Of a stretch of DNA of 64,000 nucleotides, positions 1 to 10,858 are shown piece by piece; the first letter of the stretch is position 1; every line of letters starts with the position of its first letter. The stretch lies in assembly GCA_036149055.1 (NCBI GenBank), contig JAYZQJ010000248.1, positions 16,853-80,852 of the forward strand. Reading direction: 5' to 3'. This stretch comes from Myxococcota bacterium (GTDB taxonomy: Bacteria > Myxococcota_A > Polyangia > Polyangiales > Sandaracinaceae). A program made the position numbers and the translations under genes. Below the pieces are notes generated by a model that saw only the letters and a program-made list of their open reading frames with translations, did not search any database and was not told the origin of the DNA.

Positions 1-1963
1 TCTCGCCGAGCTCGATCGCCTCGCTCGAGAAGCCGGCGCCCTCGGAGAGGTGGCAGCGCCAGCCCGCGCCCGCCCGCGCGCAGAGATCGTCGAGGCCGTC
101 GCCGTTCAGATCGGCCAGGCGCACGGTCTGGTAGTGCCGGGCGCGCCGCCAGCCGACGTCGTCCGCCCACGCGGGGCCGTCCACGCGCTCCCAGCCGCTC
201 GCGCGCCGCGCCCAGCAGAGCATGCCCGCGTCGGCCCGGGCGCAGAGGTCCTCGGCCCCGTCCCCGTCCACGTCGCCGGCGCGGAGGGTCGCGTAGTTCG
301 TCTGGTCGTCCCAGCCGCTGTCGTTGGAGAGCTCGGCCACGCGCTCGGCGTCACCGAAGCCCTCGCCGGAGAAGAGGTGGCAGGAGAGGTCGCGCGAGCT
401 CCGCGCGCAGACGTCGTCGTCCCCGTCGCCGTCCACGTCGAGCATGCGGATGGTGCTCCAGTAGCGTCGGTGCCCCCACCCGTTCTCGTCGCTCCACGCG
501 GGGCCGTCGATCCGGGTCGGGAAGCCGGTGCCGTCCGAGAGCCAGCACTCGAAGCCGCTCGCGCTCCGGCCGCAGAGATCGGCGCGGCGGTCGCCGTTCA
601 CGTCGGCCAGCCGGATGGTCCCGTACTGTCGAGCCGCGCCCCAGCCCTCGTCGTTCGACCAGGCGGGGCCCTCGACCACGTCGACGAAGGCCTCGCCGTC
701 GCTGAGCCAGCAGCGCATGCCCGCGTTGCGGCGCGCGCAGAGATCGTCCCGCCCGTCGCCGTTCACGTCGCCGAGGCGCAGGGTCGTGTAGTTGTCGGGC
801 TGACCCCAGCCGTTGTCGTCGCTGACGCCGTCCTTCCACATCGCGCTCGGACCGAAGGCGCCGCCCTGCGAGAGCGCGCAGTACACGCCGGCGTTGCCCC
901 GCGCGCAGACGTCGGCGAGCCCGTCGCCGTTCACGTCGCCCATGCGCAGCGTCGCGTAGTTCGTCACGTCGTCCCAGCCGCTGTCGTCGCCCCAGTCGGT
1001 CGCCGCGATCTCCTCGCGCCATCCGCTCGCGTTCGACGGCCAGCAGCGGACCCCGACGTAGCCGCGCGCGCAGACGTCCGCGGTGCCGTCGCCGTCGATG
1101 TCGGTCGACTCCGGAGGCGCGTAGGCGGAGGGCTGATCGTGCAGGAGATCGATCTCGCAGACGTCGCCCGAGTCGGGGGTGCCGTCGCAGTCGTCGTCCT
1201 CGCCGTTGCATCGCTCGGGCTGCGGCGTCGGCGCGTCGCAGCTCCCCCAGCGGCCGCCCGAGCAGCTCTCGCGGCCGTTGCCGCACGCGGTCGAGCAGAC
1301 GCGGGTGACGCCCTCGTCGGTGCGCCCGTCGCAGTCGTCGTCGCGCCCGTTGCAGGACTCGGCGCTCGGGCTGCACGTGCTGCACGCGGTCCCCGGCGCC
1401 TCGCGGTAGGCGCGCTGCTGGACCCAGCGGGTGGTGGACGGCCCGCAGCGCCCCGAGAACATGTCGGTCGACGCCGCGCCCGAGCTGCGCCGATAGCCCA
1501 GGTGCAGGTGGGGCCCGGAGCTGCTGCCGCTCGAGGCGGAGCGCCCGATGACCTGCCCGCAGCTCACCGAGGCGCCGTTGCTCACCCGGAGCGAGTTGCG
1601 CTGCATGTGACAGTAGATCGTGCGCGATCCGTCGGAGTGCGTGATCGCGACGTAGTTGCCGCAGCGGCCGCCGCAGGGGTTGCCGACGTAGCCGGTGTTC
1701 GCGCAGCCGTTGTAGGTCGCGGTCACGCGGCCGGCCTGGGCGGCCCGGATCTCGGTGCCGGTCGGCGTGCCGAAGTCCATCCCGGTGTGGCCGTCGTAGC
1801 AGGCGCCGCCGCAGTTGTAGTCGGTGCACCCGCCGCCGCCGCGGTGATCGAAGCCGTAGTTGAGGCGGTAGTTGGGCGAGTACGGTCGGCGGAAGCGGAC
1901 CTGGGCGTCGGCCACCGAGGCGAAGCCGAGCGCGAGCGCGAACGCGCAGACGAAGGCTCTCAT
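1..1963 (-). CDS. Secreted M23-family peptidase with two Cys-rich (MopE-like) repeats and at least 7 FG-GAP-like repeats; 3' end runs off the window
   Basis: Read manually; this frame is not in the ORF track. ATG at 1963 overlaps the upstream stop (ATGA). Signal peptide MRAFVCAFALALGFASVADA; M23 motifs HTGMD, YCHM and GPHLHLG; CNGRDDDCDGRTDEG and CNGEDDDCDG repeats; seven D[VIL][ND]GDxxxD[VL]C[AG]R repeats with ~165-bp period. Confidence 0.85.
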   Translation of the reverse strand, partial: MRAFVCAFALALGFASVADAQVRFRRPYSPNYRLNYGFDHRGGGGCTDYNCGGACYDGHTGMDFGTPTGTEIRAAQAGRVTATYNGCANTGYVGNPCGGRCGNYVAITHSDGSRTIYCHMQRNSLRVSNGASVSCGQVIGRSASSGSSSGPHLHLGYRRSSGAASTDMFSGRCGPSTTRWVQQRAYREAPGTACSTCSPSAESCNGRDDDCDGRTDEGVTRVCSTACGNGRESCSGGRWGSCDAPTPQPERCNGEDDDCDGTPDSGDVCEIDLLHDQPSAYAPPESTDIDGDGTADVCARGYVGVRCWPSNASGWREEIAATDWGDDSGWDDVTNYATLRMGDVNGDGLADVCARGNAGVYCALSQGGAFGPSAMWKDGVSDDNGWGQPDNYTTLRLGDVNGDGRDDLCARRNAGMRCWLSDGEAFVDVVEGPAWSNDEGWGAARQYGTIRLADVNGDRRADLCGRSASGFECWLSDGTGFPTRIDGPAWSDENGWGHRRYWSTIRMLDVDGDGDDDVCARSSRDLSCHLFSGEGFGDAERVAELSNDSGWDDQTNYATLRAGDVDGDGAEDLCARADAGMLCWARRASGWERVDGPAWADDVGWRRARHYQTVRLADLNGDGLDDLCARAGAGWRCHLSEGAGFSSEAIELGE

Positions 1964-2685
1964 CGCCCACCTCCGATCGCGAGCCGGACCTCGTCGCCCG
2001 CCTCGTCCTCGAAGATCAGGTCGCCGCCCTCCACCCGCGAGGCCCGGACCGACGACGGGAAGCGCTCCGTCTCGATCACCTCCGGCTCTCCGTCACCGAG
2101 CCGCAGGAGCCGCGGGCCACCGGTCGCGCCGCTGACCACGTAGATCTCACCGTCCGGGCCGAGCGCCGGGTTCCAGGTGGGCGCGAGGTCGTGGCTCACC
2201 TGGGCGCGCTCGCCGGTGCGCACGTCGGCCCGCGCCACCTCGAGGAACGGCGGGTCACCGATCGTGTAGACCAGGGCCGCGCCCCGGACCCCGATCGGGC
2301 CGTGCACCGCCTCGTCGACCACCGAGACCTCGGCGCCCCGATGCACCTCGAGGTGATGGTCGGGCGTGATCACCGCGACCGCGCCGTCGACGAAGCGGGC
2401 GTCGAGCACCGAGGCGCCGTCGAGCCCGGGCGCCAGGGTCGCCGGCTCCACCCGCAGGGTCACCACGCGGTCCGGGTCGGCGTTGGGCGGCGCCTCGCGC
2501 GGGAGCCCGAGCAGGCGACCCGTCGGCGAGGTGTCGAGCGCGATCCACCCGCCCTCCTCCGCGTCGCGTCCCTCGGCCAGGGCCTCGGCCTCGACCTGCG
2601 GCGCCTGGACGCGAGCCGGGTCGGTGGGCTCGGATCCGCAACCGAGGAGCCACAACGACGCTCCACACAGCAGCCCACGGCTCAT
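1960..2685 (-). CDS. Hypothetical lipoprotein, possibly TolB-like beta-propeller
   Basis: Lipobox LLGC; GGAG RBS before ATG 2685; coupled to the M23 gene. Confidence 0.65.
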   Translation of the reverse strand: MSRGLLCGASLWLLGCGSEPTDPARVQAPQVEAEALAEGRDAEEGGWIALDTSPTGRLLGLPREAPPNADPDRVVTLRVEPATLAPGLDGASVLDARFVDGAVAVITPDHHLEVHRGAEVSVVDEAVHGPIGVRGAALVYTIGDPPFLEVARADVRTGERAQVSHDLAPTWNPALGPDGEIYVVSGATGGPRLLRLGDGEPEVIETERFPSSVRASRVEGGDLIFEDEAGDEVRLAIGGGR

Positions 2686-2713
2686 GGCTCCACACTTCAT
2701 GTGGAACCCAGCT

Positions 2714-2730
2714 TACAAGGATCGTGCCCT
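2714..2730 (-). promoter_or_regulatory. Possible sigma54 -24/-12 promoter for the lipoprotein-M23 operon
   Basis: Minus strand reads AGGGCACGATCCTTGTA: GG-N10-GT, with GT instead of the canonical GC at -12. Confidence 0.4.
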
Positions 2731-2829
2731 CGTCCGCTCGAAATGGAATCGTCGGGGGCTGCGGCACTCAGGCCGCGTCCTTCGGTCCGAACGGGCACGA
2801 TCGCCCGCCCCGCACCGTTCAGCTTCTGG

Positions 2830-3186
2830 TCAGCGCCCGAACTTCGCGGTGACGTCGGCCGCGGTGCCGGCGTGCACGAGGGCGTGCGTGCTGAGGGAGC
2901 CGTCGTAGCGGAGCACCCAGTAGTAGCCGATGTTGCTGCGGTACACGCCGAGGTGGCGGCCGTCCTGGAAGGCGCGCGACCAGCGCTCGTCGGAGGTGCG
3001 GTCGGCGAGCTTCAGCGCGCGCTGCGCCTTGTCGGAGAGCGGGGTCGGGCCGTTGCCCCAGCTGTAGCGCTTGTAGAGCGCGCTCAGGTCGATCCGCTTG
3101 TCCGTCGCGTCCACCTCGCGCCCGTCGCGGAGCTTCCGGTCGACCGCCAGGATGTGCTTCTCGACTTCTTCCGACGAGGTGTGCAT
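2830..3186 (-). CDS. Hypothetical protein (~118 aa)
   Basis: C-terminal part of ORF 2830..3816 has protein-like composition (MHTSSEEVEKHILAVDRK...YYWVLRYD). Confidence 0.65.
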   Translation of the reverse strand: MHTSSEEVEKHILAVDRKLRDGREVDATDKRIDLSALYKRYSWGNGPTPLSDKAQRALKLADRTSDERWSRAFQDGRHLGVYRSNIGYYWVLRYDGSLSTHALVHAGTAADVTAKFGR

Positions 3187-3241
3187 GCGGCCCGCAGGGT
3201 AGCGCATTCGCGCCCGCTTCGGATCCGGGACATCATGGGCC

Positions 3242-4018
3242 ATGCGCTGCGGCACGTGCGGCTTCGAGGGCGCCGGCGAGGAGGTCGTCACGGGCATGCA
3301 GGTGTGCCCGTCGTGCGGCGCGCTCGCCGCGGAGGGGATCGACGCGGTCTTCGATCGCACAATCTTTCGACGCGCGCGGCGCCTGGTCGGCCGGCTCCCC
3401 GATCGCGTCTCGCCCGGGCTCTTCGACGCCGCCGATCGACCGCTGGCGCGCGGGATGCGGACCACCCGCGGCGCGCGCATGGCCCTCGCGTGGATCGCCG
3501 GCGCGGTGACGCTGACCGCCCTGCTCCTGCTCTGGCCGCTCGCGGGCGGAGGGGCGCTCTTGGAGTACGTGCTCGCGCCGCTGATGCTCTGGGCCTCGCT
3601 CGCGGTGGTGGCCTGGCTGCGGCCCTGCCCGACCCTCGTGCTCTTCTCCACCGAAGGCGAGCCGCGGGCGCTGCTGCGGGTGGTGTCCGAGGGGCGCCGC
3701 GGCTTCCGCTCGCGCCTGCGGGTGGAGGGCCCCGAGGGCGCCGCGCTCGGCACGCTCACCCTCGACCGCCTGCGCGAGCAGGTCTTCGCGCTCTCCGGCC
3801 GGCCCTGGCTCCGCATCGAGCCCAGCGTGGGCGCCCCGATCGAGGTCCGGCGGGCGTCGAGCTGGCGCCCCGGCTGGATCTTCGAGCGGGGAGGCGAGGC
3901 GATCGCCAGCTACGGCCTGAACCCGGGCGCCGCCGGGCGCGACGAGCTCGAGCTGCCCGATCCCGACGCGGTGGATCCGCGCCTGCTCGTCGCGGCCACG
4001 CTGATCGCGCGGCCCTGA
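3242..4018 (+). CDS. Membrane protein with N-terminal zinc ribbon, 2 TM helices and a scramblase/LURP-like C-terminus
   Basis: CGTC...CPSC; two hydrophobic helices; ends DPRLLVAATL. Confidence 0.55.
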   Translation: MRCGTCGFEGAGEEVVTGMQVCPSCGALAAEGIDAVFDRTIFRRARRLVGRLPDRVSPGLFDAADRPLARGMRTTRGARMALAWIAGAVTLTALLLLWPLAGGGALLEYVLAPLMLWASLAVVAWLRPCPTLVLFSTEGEPRALLRVVSEGRRGFRSRLRVEGPEGAALGTLTLDRLREQVFALSGRPWLRIEPSVGAPIEVRRASSWRPGWIFERGGEAIASYGLNPGAAGRDELELPDPDAVDPRLLVAATLIARP

Positions 4019-4021
4019 AGC

Positions 4022-4693
4022 TCACACGAGGATCTTGCGCGCCTCCTCGGCGAACTTCTCCTCGTCCTCTTCCATCAGCTCGACCTTCCTCGGCACGGCG
4101 AGGCCGCGCTGCACCGCGGGGCGCCAGCGGATCTTGTCGAGCCACGCCTTCAGGTGCGGCAAGCCCTCGACGCTGACGCCGCTCCAGCTGTAGGTGTGCG
4201 CCCACGCGTAGTTGGCGATGTCGGCGATCGAGTAGTCGCCCGCGAGCCACTCGTGCTCGGCCAGCTGCCCGTCGAGCACCTCGAGCAGGCGGCGGCTCTC
4301 GCGCTGGTAGCGCTCGATCGCGTACGGGATCTTCTCCGGCGTGTAGCGGAAGAAGACGTTGGCCTGGCCCATCATGGGGCCGACGCCGCCCATCTGGAAC
4401 ATCAGCCACTGGACCACGCGGGAGCGCGCCTTCGCCTCGGTGGGGAGCAGGCGGCCGGTCTTCTCGGCGAGGTACATCATCACCGCGCCCGACTCGAAGA
4501 CCGCGAAGTCGTCGTCGTCGTGATCGACGATCGCCGGGATGCGGCCGTTCGGGTTGATGGCGAGGTAGCCGGGCTCCTTCTGCTCGCCCTTCATCAGGTC
4601 GATGGCGTGGACCTCGTAGGGCAGCCCCAGCTCCTCGAGCGTGATCGAGGCCTTCCACCCGTTGGGCGTGGGCGAGGTGTAGAGGCTGATCAT
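4022..4693 (-). CDS. Glutathione S-transferase (YfcG/YghU-like)
   Basis: [28 protein letters not shown] motifs. Confidence 0.93.
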   Translation of the reverse strand: MISLYTSPTPNGWKASITLEELGLPYEVHAIDLMKGEQKEPGYLAINPNGRIPAIVDHDDDDFAVFESGAVMMYLAEKTGRLLPTEAKARSRVVQWLMFQMGGVGPMMGQANVFFRYTPEKIPYAIERYQRESRRLLEVLDGQLAEHEWLAGDYSIADIANYAWAHTYSWSGVSVEGLPHLKAWLDKIRWRPAVQRGLAVPRKVELMEEDEEKFAEEARKILV

Positions 4694-4736
4694 GCTGCGA
4701 GCCTGCGTGCTCGCGCGCGCCCCGACAAGGGGGGCT

Positions 4737-5345
4737 TCACCGGACCGCCTGCTCCACCAGCGCCTTCTCGACCAGCGCCCTCGCGCTCGGCTCGAGCTCG
4801 AGCGCGAGCGCCAGCTCCCGGCCCCGCGGGCTCATCTTCGCCCAGGTCTTGCGGAGGATCTCGATCAGGTCGTCCTCGTCCTTGCCCTCCGCGAACTCCG
4901 CGAGCTGGGTCTCGAGGAACACGAGGCACGCCGCGTCCTCGAGCGCCTGCGCGTCGGGGTCGCTCTTCAGCTGCTTCTTCATCACGAGCCCGCGCACCCG
5001 CTCGATCGCGTCGGCCTCGTAGCCGGCCTCGGCCATCGCCTCCGCCGCGCGCCGGGCGTGGCGCTTCTTCTGCTCGGTGCGCCAGGCGTGATACCCGGCC
5101 TTGCCCTTCGGGTACTCCTCACGGGGGAGGGTCCAGCGCATGAGGTGCTGGGCGCGCACCGCGATCTTGAGGGCCTCGTCGGCGTCGGGCTTGAGCGCGT
5201 CGAGGGCGGCGCTCATGCGCTCGGCGTAGGCCAGCTCCGCGGGCATGGCCTCGTGGTGGGCGAGCTCGTGCTCCGGATCTTGCGCGTGCATGGCGTCGAT
5301 CGCCGCGATCGCGCGCTGGTAGCGGCCTTCCATCACGATCGCCAT
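4737..5345 (-). CDS. DUF4202-family protein
   Basis: [17 protein letters not shown]...[34 protein letters not shown]. Confidence 0.85.
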   Translation of the reverse strand: MAIVMEGRYQRAIAAIDAMHAQDPEHELAHHEAMPAELAYAERMSAALDALKPDADEALKIAVRAQHLMRWTLPREEYPKGKAGYHAWRTEQKKRHARRAAEAMAEAGYEADAIERVRGLVMKKQLKSDPDAQALEDAACLVFLETQLAEFAEGKDEDDLIEILRKTWAKMSPRGRELALALELEPSARALVEKALVEQAVR

Positions 5346-5393
5346 ATAGGTCCCGCTCGCGCGCGGCCACCCCACGTGTCAAGAACGCAGCGG

Positions 5394-5990
5394 GTGGAGG
5401 AGCCGGAGCACGAGACGGTGGCCATCGACGCGCCGCGTCCGCGCCGACAGCGCTGGCGTACGTGGCTCCTCGTCCTGTTCTTCGTCGGCACCCTGGCGGC
5501 GGCCAAGGCGACCGGGCTCGACGAGCACATCTCCGTCGAGGTGGTGCGCGACTGGATGCAGTCGATGGGCGTCTGGGGCTTCGTCGCCTTCCTCGGAGTC
5601 TTCGCGGCCGGCGAGCTGATGCACGTGCCCGGCATGGTCTTCGTCAGCGCGGCCTCCATCGCCTACGGCCAGGCGTGGGGCGTGCCGGCGGCCTACTTCG
5701 GCTCCCTGGTGAGCGTCGGCATCAGCTTCCTCGTCGTGCGCGGCATCGGCGGCCAGCCCCTCGGCGACGTGCGCAAGCCCTGGATGAAGAAGATCCTGGC
5801 CCGCCTCACCGACCGCCCCGTCACCACCGTCGCCCTGCTCCGCCTCGTCCTCTTCCTCACCCCGGCGCTCAACTACGCCCTGGCGATGAGCTCGATCCGC
5901 TTCCGCGACTACATGCTCGGCTCCGCCCTCGGCCTCCTGCTCCCGATCCCGGTCATGGTCCTCGTCATCGACTGGATCGCGACCTGGTAG
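5394..5990 (+). CDS. TVP38/TMEM64 (VTT/DedA-like) membrane protein
   Basis: Hydrophobic; LLRLV, LNYALAMSSIRFRDYMLGSALG; start uncertain. Confidence 0.8.
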   Translation: MEEPEHETVAIDAPRPRRQRWRTWLLVLFFVGTLAAAKATGLDEHISVEVVRDWMQSMGVWGFVAFLGVFAAGELMHVPGMVFVSAASIAYGQAWGVPAAYFGSLVSVGISFLVVRGIGGQPLGDVRKPWMKKILARLTDRPVTTVALLRLVLFLTPALNYALAMSSIRFRDYMLGSALGLLLPIPVMVLVIDWIATW

Positions 5991-6052
5991 GGGGGGACGG
6001 AGTGAACTTGTGAACCTACGTAGGCAATTCACCTACAGCGGGCTCACCCGCC

Positions 6053-7537
<1,485 letters not shown>

Positions 7538-7654
7538 CGCGATGAGTGTTCGACGCGCCAGGCGCCTCGAAGTTACGCGCGACGACGCTCGGCGGATCGG
7601 ATCGCGATCGAGACGAGCCATCAAGGCCAGGGTGTTACCGCCGTACCACCGACC

Positions 7655-9739
7655 ATGACCGAGCTCGATCCCCACGCGATCCTCGAGGCCTCGGCGTGCG
7701 TGCACGTGGTGTGGGAGCGCGACCGGCCCTGGACCGCCGCCGCCGTCATGGGCGACACGCGAGGTCTCCTCGGCGTGGCCGCCGAGTCGCTCGAGGGCGA
7801 CGCGATCTCGACCCTGGTCGCGCCGGAGGACCGTGCGCGCCTCGACGCGGCCCGCGCCGACGGTGGGTGCGGGCTCGCCGCCGCGAAGGTCACGCGCCCG
7901 GACGGAGCCGTGCGCTGGGTCGGCATGCGCGAGCGCGAGACGGCGGCCGGACAGCGCGTGGCGGCGTGGTGGGACGTCACCGCGCACGTCGAGGCCGAGC
8001 GGGCCGCCGAGGTCCGGCGCGAGCGATTCGAGATGGTGCTGGAGGGCACCCGCCTCGGCATGTGGGACTGGAACCCGCAGACCAACGACGTGGTCTTCGA
8101 CGAGCGCTGGGCGCAGATGTTGGGCCACACGCTCGCCGAGGTGCCCTTCGAGCTCGAGTCGTGGAAGAGCCGGGTCCACCCCGACGATCTCGACGCCTGC
8201 TACGCCGACCTCGGGCGCCACATGAGCGGCGAGGTGGACTTCTACGAGAACGTGCACCGGATGCGTCACGCCGACGGCCACTGGGTGCACATCCTCGACC
8301 GCGGCAAGATCATGGAGCGCGACGCGGACGGAAACCCGACGCGCTTCACCGGCACCCACACCGACATCACCGCCCAGCGCGAGGCCGAGCTCGCGGCGGA
8401 GGCGGCGAACCGCGCCAAGAGCGTGTTCCTCGCGAACATGTCGCACGAGATCCGGACGCCGATGAACGCGATCCTGGGCTACACCCAGCTGCTCGAGCGG
8501 AACCCGGCGCCGGCGGAGCGCGACCGCTTCCTGCGGGTGGTGCGCAAGAGCGGCGAGCACCTGATGTCGCTCATCGATCAGGTCCTGGCGATGTCGAAGA
8601 TCGAGGCCGATCGCGTCGAGCTCACCGTGGAGCCCACCGCGCTGCACGAGCTGGTGAGCGACGTGGCGATGATGTTCGAGAGGCGCGCGAGCGACGCGGA
8701 GATCACCTTCGAGGTGGAGGGCGTCGAGGCGCTGCCGCGGCACGTGGACGCCGACGCCGGGAAGATCCGCCAGGTCCTCATCAACCTGCTCAGCAACGCG
8801 TTCAAGTTCACCCGCGGGGGGCGCGTCACGCTCTGCGCCAGCGCCGAGGGAGCGCGGCTCTCGTTCGAGGTGCGGGACGACGGCGTGGGCATCGCCTCGG
8901 CGGACCAGGAGCGGATCTTCCAGCCCTTCGAGCAGACCGAGGCCGGCGCCGCGGTGGGTGGCACCGGGCTCGGCATGCCGATCAGCCGCTCGTTCGCGCG
9001 CATGATGGGCGGCGATCTCACCGTGGAGAGTCGCGAGGGCGAAGGGGCCCGCTTCCTGTTCACGCTGGAGACGACCGCCCGCGAGCCGTCGAGCAGCCTC
9101 CGTCCGGCGGCCCGCCGCGTCGTGCGCGCGGTGAGCGACGCCCCGCGGGTCCTGGTGGTGGACGACCGCGAGACGAACCGCGACCTCGTCTGCACGCTCC
9201 TGGCCGCGGTCGGGGTGGAGACCAAGGAGGCCGCCAACGGGCGCGCCGGGGTGGAGGCCGCCCTCCGCTGGCGCCCCGACCTCGTGCTGATGGACTTCCA
9301 GATGCCGCTGATGGATGGGATCGAGGCCACCCGCGCGCTGCTGCGCGAGGAGGCGACCGCCTCCATCCCGGTGGTGATGCTCTCGGCCAGCGCCCTGTCG
9401 CACCAACGCGACGCCGCGCTGGCGGCGGGGGCGGCGGCGTTCCTGCGAAAGCCCTTCCGTGAGAGCGAGCTCTTCGCGCTCATGGAGGAGCTGACCGACG
9501 TGCGCTGGGCCTACGAGGACCACGCCCCGGCGACGGCGACGTGCGCCGGGGGGGAGGCCGTCCCCGACGACCTGCGCGCGGCCATCGTGGAGGCGACCGA
9601 GGACGGCGACGCGGCGAGGCTCCACGCGATCGTGGATCAGCTGGGCGGCCCTCACCCGGCGCTCGCCGCCCGGCTCTCGGAGCTCGCCGGCTCGTACTCC
9701 TACGAGGCGATCCTGGAATGGATGAGCGAGACGGCGTGA
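7655..9739 (+). CDS. Hybrid sensor histidine kinase (PAS-PAS-HisKA-HATPase-REC)
   Basis: GMWDWN and VHPDD PAS motifs; MSHEIRTPMN; NLLSNAFKFT; GGTGLG; VLVVDD and LMDFQMP. Confidence 0.92.
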   Translation: MTELDPHAILEASACVHVVWERDRPWTAAAVMGDTRGLLGVAAESLEGDAISTLVAPEDRARLDAARADGGCGLAAAKVTRPDGAVRWVGMRERETAAGQRVAAWWDVTAHVEAERAAEVRRERFEMVLEGTRLGMWDWNPQTNDVVFDERWAQMLGHTLAEVPFELESWKSRVHPDDLDACYADLGRHMSGEVDFYENVHRMRHADGHWVHILDRGKIMERDADGNPTRFTGTHTDITAQREAELAAEAANRAKSVFLANMSHEIRTPMNAILGYTQLLERNPAPAERDRFLRVVRKSGEHLMSLIDQVLAMSKIEADRVELTVEPTALHELVSDVAMMFERRASDAEITFEVEGVEALPRHVDADAGKIRQVLINLLSNAFKFTRGGRVTLCASAEGARLSFEVRDDGVGIASADQERIFQPFEQTEAGAAVGGTGLGMPISRSFARMMGGDLTVESREGEGARFLFTLETTAREPSSSLRPAARRVVRAVSDAPRVLVVDDRETNRDLVCTLLAAVGVETKEAANGRAGVEAALRWRPDLVLMDFQMPLMDGIEATRALLREEATASIPVVMLSASALSHQRDAALAAGAAAFLRKPFRESELFALMEELTDVRWAYEDHAPATATCAGGEAVPDDLRAAIVEATEDGDAARLHAIVDQLGGPHPALAARLSELAGSYSYEAILEWMSETA

Positions 9740-10824
9740 CGCCCCCGCGGCTCGCGGTGGTGGACGACAACCCGCACAACCTCCGGCTCCTCCAGGAGGA
9801 GCTGGAGTCGCGGGGCTATCGGGTGCTCTGCTTCCCGCGCGCCGAGATGGCGCTGCGCGCGGCCGAGCGGAGACCCCCGGACCTCTTCCTGCTGGACGTG
9901 CAGATGCCGGGCATGGACGGCTACGCGCTCTGCGAGGCGCTCAAGCGGAGACCGGCGCTCGCCGACGTCCCCGTGATCTTCGCGAGCGCGAAGGTGGAGC
10001 CCGAAGACAAGCTGCGCGGCTTCGAAGCCGGCGCCGTGGACTACGTGACCAAGCCGCTGCAGATGGCCGAGGTCCACGCGCGTGTCGCCGCGCACGTCAA
10101 GCTGCACAGGCAGCGCCAGCTCCTCGAGACCCAGAAGCAGGCCCTCGAAGAGGCGCAGAGGTTTCGCGCCGAGGTCGAGGCGATCACCCAGCACGACCTG
10201 AAGTCGCCCCTGACGGCCATCATCGGCTTCGCGCGGCTGCTGACCCGACCCGGATCGTCGCTCGGCGAGCGAGACCGCGAGCTCGCGACTCGGATCGCCA
10301 GGGCGGGCGTGCGCATGCAGGCGATCGTGAACACCACCCTCGACACCTTTCGGATGGAGCAAGGGCTGTACGTCCCGGAGGCCACCCTCGTGAACCTGAC
10401 GGCGCTGGCCCAGGAGGTCGCCGCCGAGGCGCGCGCGCTTCGCGAGGGCGTCGCGGTGGAGCTGACCGGCCCCGGGACGCCGGTCCAGGTCCTGGGCGAC
10501 GAGCGGCTCGTGTGGACCATCCTCGCGAACCTGGCCAAGAACGCGGTGGAGGCCTCACCTCCGGGAGCGGTCGTGACGCTGGAGGTCGACCCGGCGGGCT
10601 CGCTCGCGGTGCGGAACCGGGGCGAGGTGCCCGCGAGCGTCATCGACCGATTCTTCGAGAAGCACGTCACCGCCGGCAAGGTCGACGGCACCGGGCTGGG
10701 CACCTACACGGTGAGGCTGGCGGCCGAGCTCCTCGGGGCGGCGGTGTCGCTGGACGCGTCGGAGCCGGGTCACACCTCGATCGAGGTCACGTTTCCGGCA
10801 CCGACCATCGCCCGGACGGGCTGA
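9736..10824 (+). CDS. Hybrid REC-histidine kinase
   Basis: GTG start overlaps the upstream TGA; VVDD, LLDVQMP, HDLKSPL, NLAKNAVEA, GTGLG. Confidence 0.88.
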   Translation: MTPPRLAVVDDNPHNLRLLQEELESRGYRVLCFPRAEMALRAAERRPPDLFLLDVQMPGMDGYALCEALKRRPALADVPVIFASAKVEPEDKLRGFEAGAVDYVTKPLQMAEVHARVAAHVKLHRQRQLLETQKQALEEAQRFRAEVEAITQHDLKSPLTAIIGFARLLTRPGSSLGERDRELATRIARAGVRMQAIVNTTLDTFRMEQGLYVPEATLVNLTALAQEVAAEARALREGVAVELTGPGTPVQVLGDERLVWTILANLAKNAVEASPPGAVVTLEVDPAGSLAVRNRGEVPASVIDRFFEKHVTAGKVDGTGLGTYTVRLAAELLGAAVSLDASEPGHTSIEVTFPAPTIARTG

Positions 10825-10858
10825 CGTCTCGGCCCCACCCGTGCGACGCTGTGCGGGC

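Noticed and set aside
50..2143. 697-aa plus-strand ORF and 539-aa minus-strand ORF
   Set aside because: Shadow frames; the real gene is the M23/FG-GAP protein in another minus-strand frame.
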